Positions 27,073-36,365 of a DNA stretch of 64,000 bases are shown here, in pieces. The DNA is taken from contig CAXXTH010000023.1 of NCBI GenBank assembly GCA_963668025.2, forward strand, positions 128,001-192,000. The letters are read 5' to 3'. Both the position numbers and the translations under genes were made by a program. The stretch is from Candidatus Hydrogenedentota bacterium. Its GTDB lineage: Bacteria > Hydrogenedentota > Hydrogenedentia > Hydrogenedentales > SLHB01. Position 1 is the first letter of the stretch, and the number at the start of each line of letters is the position of its first letter. The notes under the pieces are model-generated. The model searched no databases and was not told the origin of the DNA. It worked only from the letters and a program-made list of their open reading frames with translations.

Positions 27073-28763
27073 CCTAAAAAAGGCAGTAGGAACTTGCTTT
27101 GGGATTTTTCCAGCCCAATTTTGTAAAGAAATAACTGTCCTGGCCCGCTCTTTACGTTGGCGCCGGCAGCAGGTTGGGGGTGGCCAGCGGCCTTCCCTCG
27201 AGTATTTTGGCGAAGATCCGGCTGAGGATCGTCCGCCATCGTTCGTTCCAGTTCAACTGCCGCGCAGTTGCTTTCATCTCCAATAAAAAGGCGTTTACGG
27301 ATTTCAGAACTTGTTCCATAGCATGTCCTTGCGCATGCACGGGGGTGATGGTGAGCGTGGTTTGGCCTCCGTGGCGGGTCTGCTGTCCCACGCCGTAGAG
27401 CAGCAGAGGGCGGCTTGTGATCGCTTCGGCGTGGCGCTCCGGAATCGCCAAGCGCACGTACAAAGACCACCAATTGTAAATCAGGGCTATGATTCGCGCC
27501 ATGATTTGGCAGCGCTTCATATCGTGGGTGGTATACCCGCCCCACCCCCACTGGTTTTTCTGTTCATCGTAGATGTTTTCCGCATCGCCCCGGTCGCGAT
27601 AATGCTGGGCCAAGGCCGATAGGGGGTCTGTCAGCGAAGTGGCCAGCAGCGCGTATTCATACTGCTGCACGGCTCCCGCTTGGATCTCGATGAGCTGTAG
27701 TTGGGGGGAGGGGTCAGGCAATAGCGGCTCCGTTTCCAGAACGATACTCCCTTTGAGCTTGCGCCGCAGAACGATTACCCGGCGTTTGCTCGTCCATCCC
27801 ATAAGCTCCAGACGGTCTTCCAAACCTTCCCAGCCTTGGCCTGCTGGCGTCCAGTCCTTAGAACAAAAGGCCTGCTGGATAAGCCGTTTCACGTTGCTGG
27901 TCTGCCGCAATTTGAACAGATAGGGCACTCCGCGCGCTTCGGCTTCGCTCATGTCGCGTTCGTTGCCGAAGGCGCAGTCGCCGCGAATCATGCCCGGCCA
28001 GGCCGCGCGCGGCAAGCCATCGAGAAAATGCCACAATCCAGGCATGGTGTATTTCGCCGCCGTCTCGTTGCCCGGCCGGACTTCCACGTCCAGCACCAAG
28101 CGCGTGTTCGCCATAAAATAGGTATGCAGCACATGAGAAGGACGGCCCTGTTTCGCCGGATTGTAGCCCAGCACGGCCCCTTCTTGATGGCCGAACAGGG
28201 GCTTCACGCTTGTATCCACGTCCAAAATCCAAGGCTCATAAAGCAACGGCTCATAACAGCGGCGCAGGTGCTTCTGTAGCCAGCCCGCGCAGGCTTCCCC
28301 GTCCGCCAGTATAAATGCCCGCCGCGCCGAGGAGGCGCTCATGATCTTGCTCATACCCAGCAAGCCCGGGTTCACCGCGTCGTAACGGACCGCGTCAATG
28401 TGCGCATAGCGGGTGTGGCCCGCCAGCACTGATAAAAATAGCGTGCCCAGCACATCCCTCTTGCGCGGCGCATTATTGCTGGCGTACGCCAGCGGACAGT
28501 CCTCCACCCACGCTTCAAAAAGCTCCGCCGTCTTGAGGAAATCGATAAAGAACGCCAACTGGCCAAACGGCGTCGTTGCCGCCTCCCGGTCCCATTCCAC
28601 ATGCACCCGGCCCCCGTAGCTATCTACGAAAATCGGCACCTCCAAAGACAACCATTCCTCCTCTCCCAATGGGGGAGCATCTTGCTGTTGCGATTCTGTT
28701 TCCATGTTCTTTATCTTGAACTACTTCCTGCTCGACACTCAAGATTCAACTGGCGTTTTTAGG
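27073..28763 (-). mobile_element. IS1380-family insertion sequence
   Basis: Terminal inverted repeats CCTAAAAAAGGCAGTAG and CCTAAAAACGCCAGTTG around a single transposase; 1691 bp. Confidence 0.85.
27152..28705 (-). CDS. IS1380-family DDE transposase
   Basis: ILDVDTSVKPLFGHQEGA..GYNP.K.GRPSH, IRGDCAF and YRDRGDAENIYDEQK motifs. Confidence 0.9.
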   Translation of the reverse strand: METESQQQDAPPLGEEEWLSLEVPIFVDSYGGRVHVEWDREAATTPFGQLAFFIDFLKTAELFEAWVEDCPLAYASNNAPRKRDVLGTLFLSVLAGHTRYAHIDAVRYDAVNPGLLGMSKIMSASSARRAFILADGEACAGWLQKHLRRCYEPLLYEPWILDVDTSVKPLFGHQEGAVLGYNPAKQGRPSHVLHTYFMANTRLVLDVEVRPGNETAAKYTMPGLWHFLDGLPRAAWPGMIRGDCAFGNERDMSEAEARGVPYLFKLRQTSNVKRLIQQAFCSKDWTPAGQGWEGLEDRLELMGWTSKRRVIVLRRKLKGSIVLETEPLLPDPSPQLQLIEIQAGAVQQYEYALLATSLTDPLSALAQHYRDRGDAENIYDEQKNQWGWGGYTTHDMKRCQIMARIIALIYNWWSLYVRLAIPERHAEAITSRPLLLYGVGQQTRHGGQTTLTITPVHAQGHAMEQVLKSVNAFLLEMKATARQLNWNERWRTILSRIFAKILEGRPLATPNLLPAPT

Positions 28764-29322
28764 TTGAAAGGTTCTTCTCTTTACGGCGCTGCTTGTACGC
28801 CATCCACTCCTCCTCGCTTGCGCGCTTGCCAGGCTTCTTGGCGGGGGAAGACTCCTCGAAACGCACGGGCAAGGCGCGGCAACTAAAGGCGCCGCCTTGG
28901 TGAAGCGGTACGAGAAGGGAGGCCTGCAGGAAACGCAGGCCCAGAATGAGATTGGTGTGGAACGGCGGGGACAGGGGGTCGCGCTGATGAAAAGCCTGGA
29001 CAATGCACCGGCCGGTCTTGTGCAGCTTGGTATCATCGACGGCGACGCCTACAAGCGGGTCTTCACACTGGGGCAGGGCTCCTTCCCAAATAGGGTCGAA
29101 GAGCTGCTGGGGGTCCCACTTGGCGCGGCCGTACATGTGGTATTCAGCCTGCCACGGCAGATTCTCGCGACCACAGGCCCAAAGGGTCCGCGTGATTGTG
29201 CGCCGCCCCAAACAGACCAGTGACCCAAGTCCCTGCCGCACCGCACGCACGGTGGTGCGCTCTTGGGCAAAAGCATCGCGCCAGCGCTCGGTAACGTTGA
29301 GCCATTCGTGTAAAAGACTCAT
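28764..29322 (-). pseudogene. Truncated DDE transposase (IS701-like), N-terminal part only
   Basis: LGRRTITR and VAVDDTKLHKTG (first catalytic D) motifs; reading frame stops inside the IS1380 terminal repeat. Confidence 0.8.
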
Positions 29323-29654
29323 CGCTTGCCTCCTTTGAGTCCGAAGGTGTTCTTGTCCGCGCGGACAAAGCGGTCTTCCCGAGCCACCTTTTTGGTGAGG
29401 GAAGACACCAGGCTTTCCCGGTCCACCGTAATGCCGAAGACCGCATGAATGCGACTCAGGATCTCATTGACATGAAGGGGATGAGCGGCCCTCAAGAGTA
29501 TGTCATATGCCATATCTACTTGCGACATACTTGTTCTGGGTCGTGGCTCCTCCCTGGATTCTTCCCCCCTACGCAGACGGCGCACCGCCCGAAGCTGCGC
29601 CTCAAGCCCTTTTTCCATAGCCTCTAGGATCGTGTCACGCAATTCGTCATTCAT
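29319..29654 (-). CDS. Winged-helix (HARE-HTH-like) protein coupled to the transposase
   Basis: AGGAGG RBS; AYDIL..A.HPLHVNEI......DRF.R...NTFGL pattern; ATGA overlap with the downstream transposase. Confidence 0.78.
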   Translation of the reverse strand: MNDELRDTILEAMEKGLEAQLRAVRRLRRGEESREEPRPRTSMSQVDMAYDILLRAAHPLHVNEILSRIHAVFGITVDRESLVSSLTKKVAREDRFVRADKNTFGLKGGKR

Positions 29655-29682
29655 GGCGCTGCCCTCCTGCCTAGCCAACAAG

Positions 29683-29711
29683 ATTGTAGCACAAACGAGT
29701 CGGTATGTCAA
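29683..29711 (-). promoter_or_regulatory. Near-consensus sigma70 promoter
   Basis: Minus strand TTGACA-17 bp-TACAAT about 30 bp upstream of ATG 29654. Confidence 0.75.
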
Positions 29712-29897
29712 TATATCTTTTCAATGACCGGCGGTGAAGAATAGCGGCGCCCCAGGGTCAGGCGTTGAGGTGATGCGGGTTAGACGGGGGGTGGCGAGGC
29801 CGACAGGCGACAGGAGGGGCAGCGGCTGTGCGTAAAGCCGGTGAATGGATGGGCGAGACGTGTAGGGCGGCGGCGCAACCGGGAACGCGCGGGCGCC

Positions 29898-31334
29898 CTA
29901 TGCGGAACTGAAGCGGATCTGGATGGCCTCGGTGCAGAGGGCGTCATATTGTTCGCGGGACAGGGTGGCGTTGCGCAGGGCTTCGAGGAGGCGATGGGCA
30001 AGGTTTCTGGCGGAGCCAAAGCCTTTTGGAAAGTGGGCGGCCAGAAGGCTGCCATCCTCCAGGAGTTGCATGAGCAGATGGGCTATCTGCATCAAGAGGT
30101 AGTAGATCTTGCTGGCCTGTTCGTTTTGGGTATAGGCGTGTTCGAGGTTGTAGCCGCCGTTTTTCTGCACGTTGAATGCTTCATTTTCAATCTTCCAGCG
30201 TAAGCGTCCTCCTTCATTGGCCAAGGCGGCCGCATTGTGCGCGGATACGGATACGTTGGTCACCCATTTGAACTTGGTTTTCTTTATCATGCCTTCCGCG
30301 TCCGGGCGGGTGTCCACGCATTCGAGCACGGACAGGATGTGTTCACGCCGCTCGGAATCGCGGTAGGGGATGTCGTTGACCCAGCGAAACTGCTGGTGGA
30401 TTTCCTTCTTGTTGCCGCAACGCCACGTAAGCTGGTTTTCGGGCGTCGCGGCCGCGAGGCTCTCGAATTCTTCGTTCACGGTGGCCAATTGGCCGTCCGT
30501 GAGCGTAATCATGAACTTCCAGCCATATTGCTGGCACAGCCGAAACACCGGTCCCGTGGCGTACAGGCCGTCCATCGCCAACAGCAGCGGCAAGCGGGGG
30601 AATCGGGCATGCAGGCGTGGGGCCAGCCGGTAGAAGGCTTTGGTCTCGCAATCCTGCTTGCGTTGTTGCTCGCTTTTCGCCAGGTCTTTCTCTGGATTCT
30701 CAATGAACTCCGTCATGAGCGAAAAGACCCACCCGTTTGGCGTGACGATCTTGGACTCCAGCACGGGATGGTAGTAGGTGATCTTGCCGCTCTTGTGCTT
30801 GCGCGTGAGGCAATGGGCGCAGTGGCGATGATCATAACTGCGTGTCCCCGTGGCGTCGATGGCCGCCACGTAGTAGCGCCCGAACAGGCGGTGGGGGTAC
30901 AACACCTTCTTGTCGATGAGCGTCTGCGTCATGCCGGAAACGAGTTCCTGGACCGCCTCGAACGGCAAACCGCGAAATACCCCGTTCATCGTATCGCCAT
31001 GCGGCACGCTGTCCACGTCAAACAAGACCTTGTACAGATGGACCATGAACGTCGTGTACAACTGCAGGCGGACTTGCCGGCGCGCCCCGAGCCGGCATGC
31101 GAACATCAGCACTCCCAAGAACACCAGCGACGCGACACTGTAGTCCACGTCGCCGGCTTGCTCGGGTTTGCGGGGATCGGGCAAGCCCGCAAAGCGCTTG
31201 CGCACCGGGCCAAAGAAGTGGGTGAACGTCCTCAAGAAGGCCCGGATGATTTCCGGATGCTCTTCTTGCGGGTTTGCAGGAACTGCCGTTGGGCCGCGCC
31301 CATGGCCTCGACGAGCTTCTTGAGCTTTTTCCAT
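29898..31334 (-). CDS. DDE transposase
   Basis: LPDPR, VPHGDT, AAIDATG, KQDCETKA, AMDGLY and GRLRWKIENEAFNVQK motifs. Confidence 0.9.
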   Translation of the reverse strand: MEKAQEARRGHGRGPTAVPANPQEEHPEIIRAFLRTFTHFFGPVRKRFAGLPDPRKPEQAGDVDYSVASLVFLGVLMFACRLGARRQVRLQLYTTFMVHLYKVLFDVDSVPHGDTMNGVFRGLPFEAVQELVSGMTQTLIDKKVLYPHRLFGRYYVAAIDATGTRSYDHRHCAHCLTRKHKSGKITYYHPVLESKIVTPNGWVFSLMTEFIENPEKDLAKSEQQRKQDCETKAFYRLAPRLHARFPRLPLLLAMDGLYATGPVFRLCQQYGWKFMITLTDGQLATVNEEFESLAAATPENQLTWRCGNKKEIHQQFRWVNDIPYRDSERREHILSVLECVDTRPDAEGMIKKTKFKWVTNVSVSAHNAAALANEGGRLRWKIENEAFNVQKNGGYNLEHAYTQNEQASKIYYLLMQIAHLLMQLLEDGSLLAAHFPKGFGSARNLAHRLLEALRNATLSREQYDALCTEAIQIRFSSA

Positions 31335-31579
31335 TCCTCAATCCATTGCGCCACTTCGCGGCGCAATTCACGGGGCACGTGGAGGGTGCGGGTCTTCCCG
31401 CCCTCCTTCCACGTCAGCAGGGCCGTTTCATGGATCGGCCCTTCCTGGACGCACCGGCAGCGCGGGTTCCCGCAGCGGCTGCGGGTGATGGTGAGCGTGG
31501 CGGGAAGAAAGGGCCCCAGACGCGCCAGGCGCGCCTGGACCTTGCGTCCCGCCGAGTTCGTGACAGGTTTCCCTTCCAT
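31232..31579 (-). CDS. DUF6788-like transposase-associated protein
   Basis: RCGNPRCRC..G..H....LTWK..GKTRT..VP motif; overlaps the transposase start by about 100 nt. Confidence 0.8.
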   Translation of the reverse strand: MEGKPVTNSAGRKVQARLARLGPFLPATLTITRSRCGNPRCRCVQEGPIHETALLTWKEGGKTRTLHVPRELRREVAQWIEEWKKLKKLVEAMGAAQRQFLQTRKKSIRKSSGPS

Positions 31580-31615
31580 GTACGGAAGTATATATACTTC
31601 CGTACCAGAAGTCAA
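31580..31615 (-). promoter_or_regulatory. Promoter with overlapping perfect 26-bp palindrome; leaderless start
   Basis: TTGACT(31615-31610)-17 bp-TATACT(31592-31587); palindrome GTACGGAAGTATATATACTTCCGTAC at 31580-31605; ATG at 31579. Confidence 0.75.
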
Positions 31616-31870
31616 CAAAAAAAAGCGCCGATGCGAAGAAAAAACTCCCCGCACCGGCGCATCCTCAACTCATTCAACTGCTTCTACGCGAAAAAAAAGC
31701 GGTTCTTCACCGCTGCATCCATTCAAGATTCCACGGAAACAGCCAAGCCTGGTTTTGCCTATGCCATGCTTCGGATTGGTTGTGCCTCGTGGGAAGGGCG
31801 TGATACCATGCCCTCCCTACCGGCGAAGAAGCATGCCCATTATACTTTGGAACGGATGAATTGAGATACC

Positions 31871-32545
31871 ATGTGTTTGCTTACTGAAATTGTCGCGATT
31901 GACGGCCCTGCGGGCGCAGGCAAAAGCACCATTGCCCGAAGACTCGCGGAGGCGCTCGATTTCGCATTCCTGGATACGGGCGCGATGTATCGGGCCGCCA
32001 CCTGGCGCGCGGTGCATAAGGGCGCGGACCTGAATGACGCCCAGGCGGTCTTGGATTCAGTACAAACGATGCGCCTTGAATTGGATGATACGGCGCAAGG
32101 CCTTGTGGTGCGTGTGGATGGCGAGGATGTCACCCAGGCCATCCGCACGCCGGAAATTACCCGGCTCATTTTCCACATCGATCAAAATCCCGCCGTCCGC
32201 GAACAATTGGTGGCGCTACAGCGCATATATGCCCAGCGGCGGCCCACCGTGGCTGAAGGCCGGGATATGGGCACCGTGGTGTTTCCGCACGCCAAATGCA
32301 AGATATTCCTGGATGCGTCGCTAGAGGTGCGAACACAGCGGCGTGCGCGGGAACTCGAAGCCAAGGGGCTCGCCGTGGATCTCGAGCAGCTCCGCCAAGA
32401 GATCCATGAACGCGATGAGAAGACCCGCAACCGGGCAGTAGCGCCTCTGCGCCAAGCGCCAGATGCGGTGCTTGTAGATACCAGCCATATGACGGCCGAT
32501 GAAGTGGTGGCGCGCCTCACTGCATTGGCGCGGGAACGATTATGA
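31871..32545 (+). CDS. cmk: Cytidylate kinase
   Basis: AIDGPAGAGKST, LDTGAMYRA, EGRDMGTVVFP.A..KIFL and RD.....R.VAPL motifs. Confidence 0.97.
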   Translation: MCLLTEIVAIDGPAGAGKSTIARRLAEALDFAFLDTGAMYRAATWRAVHKGADLNDAQAVLDSVQTMRLELDDTAQGLVVRVDGEDVTQAIRTPEITRLIFHIDQNPAVREQLVALQRIYAQRRPTVAEGRDMGTVVFPHAKCKIFLDASLEVRTQRRARELEAKGLAVDLEQLRQEIHERDEKTRNRAVAPLRQAPDAVLVDTSHMTADEVVARLTALARERL

Positions 32546-34242
32546 GCCATTCAGTTTTGCATCGGGAGTGGCGCATCGCCACGGATAATCGCACCGAAAG
32601 CCGCGCACTCGCCCAACAACTGGGCGTTCCGCCGCTGGTGGCGCAAGTGTTGCTCGCACGCGGCGTGCGCGAACCGGAACAGGCGCAGCGCTTTCTCCAT
32701 CCCTCGCTCGATTTCGTGAGTGATCCGTATCTGCTCCAGGGCATGGGCGTTGCCATCGAACGCTTGAAACAAGCGCGGGACCGCAAGGAGCGCGTATTGA
32801 TCTTCGGCGATTATGATGTCGATGGTTTGTCGGGAACGGCATTATTGTTCCAGGCGTTCCAACACGCGGGCATGCCGGATTGCACCTATGATATCCCGAA
32901 CCGGCTGGTGGATGGATTTGGCCTAAAGCCCGCACATATACAGCGCGCCGCCCAAAATGGGATTCAACTGATTGTTACCGTTGACAACGGCTCACGGGCT
33001 TTCGAGGCCGCTGAAACCGCACGCCAGCTTGGTATTGACCTGATCATCACGGACCATCATGAATTGGAAGACGGCCGGACGCCTCATGCGCTGTCCTTCA
33101 TCAATCCCATGCTCGAGGAACCCAGCCACCCGGGCCGCTGCTTGTGCGGGGCGGGCGTGGCGTTCAAACTGGCATGGGCGCTGACAGGCGAACGCTCGGG
33201 CGCGGATTTAGCCGCACTAGGCACGATAGCCGATGTGGCGGCGCTGCTCGGCGAGAACCGCGATCTGGCCGCCGAAGGATTGGCCTGGGCGCGGAAGCAG
33301 CCCCGGCCCGGCATTGAGGCCTTGGCCCGAGCCGCCAGCGTCCCGCTTGATGAACTGGATGCGGAAGCCGTTGCTTTTTATTTGGGCCCGCGCATCAATG
33401 CGGCGGGACGCATGGGCCGCGCCCATGCCAGCCTGGAATTGCTCCTCACGGATTCGCCCGCTGAGGCCGCACGTTTGGCGAAAGAACTCGATCTGGCCAA
33501 TGAAGAACGGCGGGAACTCGAACGGCAGATCGTGGAAGAAGCCGAGCTCATGCTCGAGGAAAGCGGTGCGGCGGGAGCCGCCAGTATTGTGCTGGCCAGC
33601 CGGGATTGGCATGCCGGAGTGCTGGGCATCGTCGCTTCCCGGCTCCAGGAACGGTATAACCTCCCCGTGCTTCTGGCGGCATTCAATCAGGAAGGCCTGG
33701 GGCGCGGTTCAGCGCGCGGCGTGGCGGGCATTCATCTGAGCGATGCGCTCGAACAATGCGCGGAGCATCTGGTCGCATATGGCGGGCATCGCAGCGCGGC
33801 GGGATTCACCGTGGAGGAAAGCTGTTTCGACGCGTTGCGCAAACGGTTCGACGAAGTGGCGTATGCCTGCTCGCCCGCGCTGGAAATCCCGGCCCTGGAA
33901 ATTGATGCAGTCGTTGGTTTGAGCGAAATAGACGGAAAACTCGTCCGAGCGCTCAACAGCCTCGAACCGTTTGGCCATAAGAACTCCGCTCCTGTTTTTT
34001 GCATATTCGGCGCGCAGATTGCTCCCATGTCGTGCCGCGAAGTAGGAAGGGGGCATTTGCGGATGACGGTCCGGCATACAGACCGCGCCTTCCCCGCCAT
34101 TGGCTTCCATATGGCGGATCAGATCAGCGAACTGGTTCAGGCCCCCGCCGTCGATATCGCGTTTACGCCGCAATTCAACACGTGGCGCGGCGAAACCACT
34201 ATCCAATTGCGTTTGAAGGATGTGCGCCCGGCCCGCGTGTAG
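32542..34242 (+). CDS. recJ: Single-stranded-DNA-specific exonuclease
   Basis: GDYDVDG, TVDNG, ITDHH, LCGAGVAFKL, GTIADV, GPRINAAGR, GRGSAR and GGHRSAAG motifs. Confidence 0.97.
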   Translation: MSHSVLHREWRIATDNRTESRALAQQLGVPPLVAQVLLARGVREPEQAQRFLHPSLDFVSDPYLLQGMGVAIERLKQARDRKERVLIFGDYDVDGLSGTALLFQAFQHAGMPDCTYDIPNRLVDGFGLKPAHIQRAAQNGIQLIVTVDNGSRAFEAAETARQLGIDLIITDHHELEDGRTPHALSFINPMLEEPSHPGRCLCGAGVAFKLAWALTGERSGADLAALGTIADVAALLGENRDLAAEGLAWARKQPRPGIEALARAASVPLDELDAEAVAFYLGPRINAAGRMGRAHASLELLLTDSPAEAARLAKELDLANEERRELERQIVEEAELMLEESGAAGAASIVLASRDWHAGVLGIVASRLQERYNLPVLLAAFNQEGLGRGSARGVAGIHLSDALEQCAEHLVAYGGHRSAAGFTVEESCFDALRKRFDEVAYACSPALEIPALEIDAVVGLSEIDGKLVRALNSLEPFGHKNSAPVFCIFGAQIAPMSCREVGRGHLRMTVRHTDRAFPAIGFHMADQISELVQAPAVDIAFTPQFNTWRGETTIQLRLKDVRPARV

Positions 34243-34328
34243 CGGTATCCAATGCCAGCGCATGCCTGTATATAAGAGCGGTTCAAGATTGGATGCCACG
34301 AAGCAAATGGATTCGATTCTCCTCTTCC

Positions 34329-34376
34329 GTGGCATGGCCGGGACGGTAATGCGCATGGGCGGGGCGGCCATGCCAC
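34329..34376. repeat. Degenerate REP-family palindrome
   Basis: GTGGCATGGCCG...CGGCCATGCCAC; internal CATGGGCGGG resembles the 4132 element. Confidence 0.65.
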
Positions 34377-34467
34377 TATATTAATAATCTACCTGATCTA
34401 TACGACACGACAAGTCCTGCCACCTACAGTTGGACTGCTTGAGTGTGTGGCATGCGTGTGTGTTCGC

Positions 34468-35337
34468 TCATTTCAAGGTGTGGAGATACGTATACAGCGC
34501 TTCACTCCATTCCGGCATGATATCGAGCCCCTGGGCATTCAAATGCCGGTTATCGAGCACCGAATAGGCGGGGCGCTTGACAGGCGAGGGGAAATCCTCC
34601 TGGGTCGCGGGCTGCAAATTCACCTCCATGCCCGCTATTTCAAAGATGGCTCTGGCGAATTGATACCACGAGCACGCGCCCTGGCAGCTTGCATGGTAAA
34701 GCCCCGGTTCGCCTTTCTCCGCCACGAGCTTGATCTGTTCCGCGAGGGCGGCGGTATAGGTCGGTGTGGTGATTTCGTCCGTAACAACCTTCACCTCGCC
34801 CCGCGTTTTGGCGAGATGGAGCATAAGATTCACAAAGTTCTGCCCGCCTTTGGCGCGGCAAGGCGCGGAGCCATATAAAGCGGCGCTACGCACGATAATG
34901 TAATTAGAGCATTCCGCGGCGATGAGGTGTTCGCCCGCGAGTTTGCTCGCACCATAGGTGCTGAGTGGGGCGGGCGGATCGGCCTCGGTGAGAGGCCTCG
35001 ATAAGCCGCGTCCGAAGACATAGTCCGTGCTGATGTGGACCAGCCTCGCGCCAGTGGCGTGGCATGCCATGGCCAAATTGCGCGCGCCGGTGGCGTTGAC
35101 GGCATACGCCAGGGCGGGCTTCTCTTCACATTGAGGCACGTTGTGGGCGGCTGCGGCGTTGATGACTAATTCCGGCTTAACCGTATCGACAATGGTTTTT
35201 CGGACGGCGTCACGGTCCGTGATGTCCAGCCGGATATCGCCGCCATCTATATCCGCCTTGACCAAGTGCGAGCCCGCATACGCTTTCACCAAGTCCGCGC
35301 CCAATTGTCCCAGTGCGCCGATAAGCAATACTTTCAT
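34468..35337 (-). CDS. rfbD: dTDP-4-dehydrorhamnose reductase
   Basis: GALGQLG, NAAA, HISTDYVF, YGASKLAGE and RPAYSVL motifs. Confidence 0.95.
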   Translation of the reverse strand: MKVLLIGALGQLGADLVKAYAGSHLVKADIDGGDIRLDITDRDAVRKTIVDTVKPELVINAAAAHNVPQCEEKPALAYAVNATGARNLAMACHATGARLVHISTDYVFGRGLSRPLTEADPPAPLSTYGASKLAGEHLIAAECSNYIIVRSAALYGSAPCRAKGGQNFVNLMLHLAKTRGEVKVVTDEITTPTYTAALAEQIKLVAEKGEPGLYHASCQGACSWYQFARAIFEIAGMEVNLQPATQEDFPSPVKRPAYSVLDNRHLNAQGLDIMPEWSEALYTYLHTLK

Positions 35338-35390
35338 GATCGTCCCTCGCTCCCTACATGCCGTTGTTGCGGGCCAGCGCCGGGCGCGGC

Positions 35391-36353
35391 CTAGTTTGTA
35401 TTATCAAGCGCCTTGAATGTCTTGATGTTGTAAAAACGGTCCGCCGAGAAATCGCCGTATTCATCCCGATGGGCGTGCAGGCTGTCCACCATGGCCGATA
35501 CGCCATATTTCGGGAAGAAGCCGAGATACGTCTTGGCTTTTTCACAGGTGACTTTATAATTGCGGAAGTCTTGAACATTGAGAATTTTCATGGCGATTTT
35601 TTCGCCTAAGATTTGCTGCATTTCATCTTTCACCAGATCGGCAATCTGTCCCACGGTGAAATTGTCATAGGCGACATTGAATGAGCCGCTGATGCTGTAA
35701 TCCGCCTGGACAGCACGGAGGAAGGCCGATGAAGTGTCGCGCACGTCGATGATGGGCCGCCAGATCGATGGATTATTCACCGTGATGCAGCGGTCCGCCA
35801 TGGCTGCCTTATACATGGTGTTGACGATCAAGTCGAAGCGCGTACGTGGGCTGTACCCGTTGACGGTTCCCTGGCGCAAGGCAATGGCCGAGAACGTGTC
35901 ATCATGCAGTTGCAGCACGCCGCGTTCGCCCTGAAGCTTCGAGATGCCATACGGATATCCGCAAGCGAGAGGGGACTCTTCGTCGTAGAGCTCATTTACC
36001 GTATAGCCATAAATGGAGCAAGACGACGCATAAACAAAACGCCGCACGCCGGCTTTTTTGGCGATAAAAGAGAGATAGGAAGGCAGCGCGCCATTTTCGA
36101 TGAAGTTTTTCGCGGGACTATATTCCGCCATGGGATCATTCGAGAGGCCCGCGAGGAAGATGATCTGGTCGAAGCCTTCCAGATCCTTTTCGGTGAGCGT
36201 GAAGAGATTGCGCTGGATGATATGCGTGCCGGGCGGCAGGTTATTGCCGAACCACAGCAGATCCACGACGGTGACTTCGTATCCGTACTCCTGCAAGAGA
36301 GGAACCAGCGTCGAACCAATAAACCCCGCGCCGCCGCCCACCAAGATTTTCAT
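35391..36353 (-). CDS. NAD-dependent epimerase/dehydratase (extended SDR)
   Basis: GGAGFIGS, LAGLSNDP, ASSCSIYG and YGISK motifs; lies between rfbC and rfbD. Confidence 0.92.
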   Translation of the reverse strand: MKILVGGGAGFIGSTLVPLLQEYGYEVTVVDLLWFGNNLPPGTHIIQRNLFTLTEKDLEGFDQIIFLAGLSNDPMAEYSPAKNFIENGALPSYLSFIAKKAGVRRFVYASSCSIYGYTVNELYDEESPLACGYPYGISKLQGERGVLQLHDDTFSAIALRQGTVNGYSPRTRFDLIVNTMYKAAMADRCITVNNPSIWRPIIDVRDTSSAFLRAVQADYSISGSFNVAYDNFTVGQIADLVKDEMQQILGEKIAMKILNVQDFRNYKVTCEKAKTYLGFFPKYGVSAMVDSLHAHRDEYGDFSADRFYNIKTFKALDNTN

Positions 36354-36365
36354 GTGCGTACTTCC

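Larger units (their letters stand above)
29729..31715 (-). mobile_element. Two-gene insertion sequence (DUF6788-like protein plus DDE transposase; ISAs1/ISNCY-like)
   Basis: Inverted ends CGGCGGTGAAGAATAGC (29729) and CAGCGGTGAAGAACCGC (31715, minus strand); no target duplication visible. Confidence 0.72.

Noticed and set aside
30237-31859. 540-aa plus-strand ORF
   Set aside because: Antisense to the transposase and DUF6788-like genes, crosses the IS end, and has no recognisable motifs.
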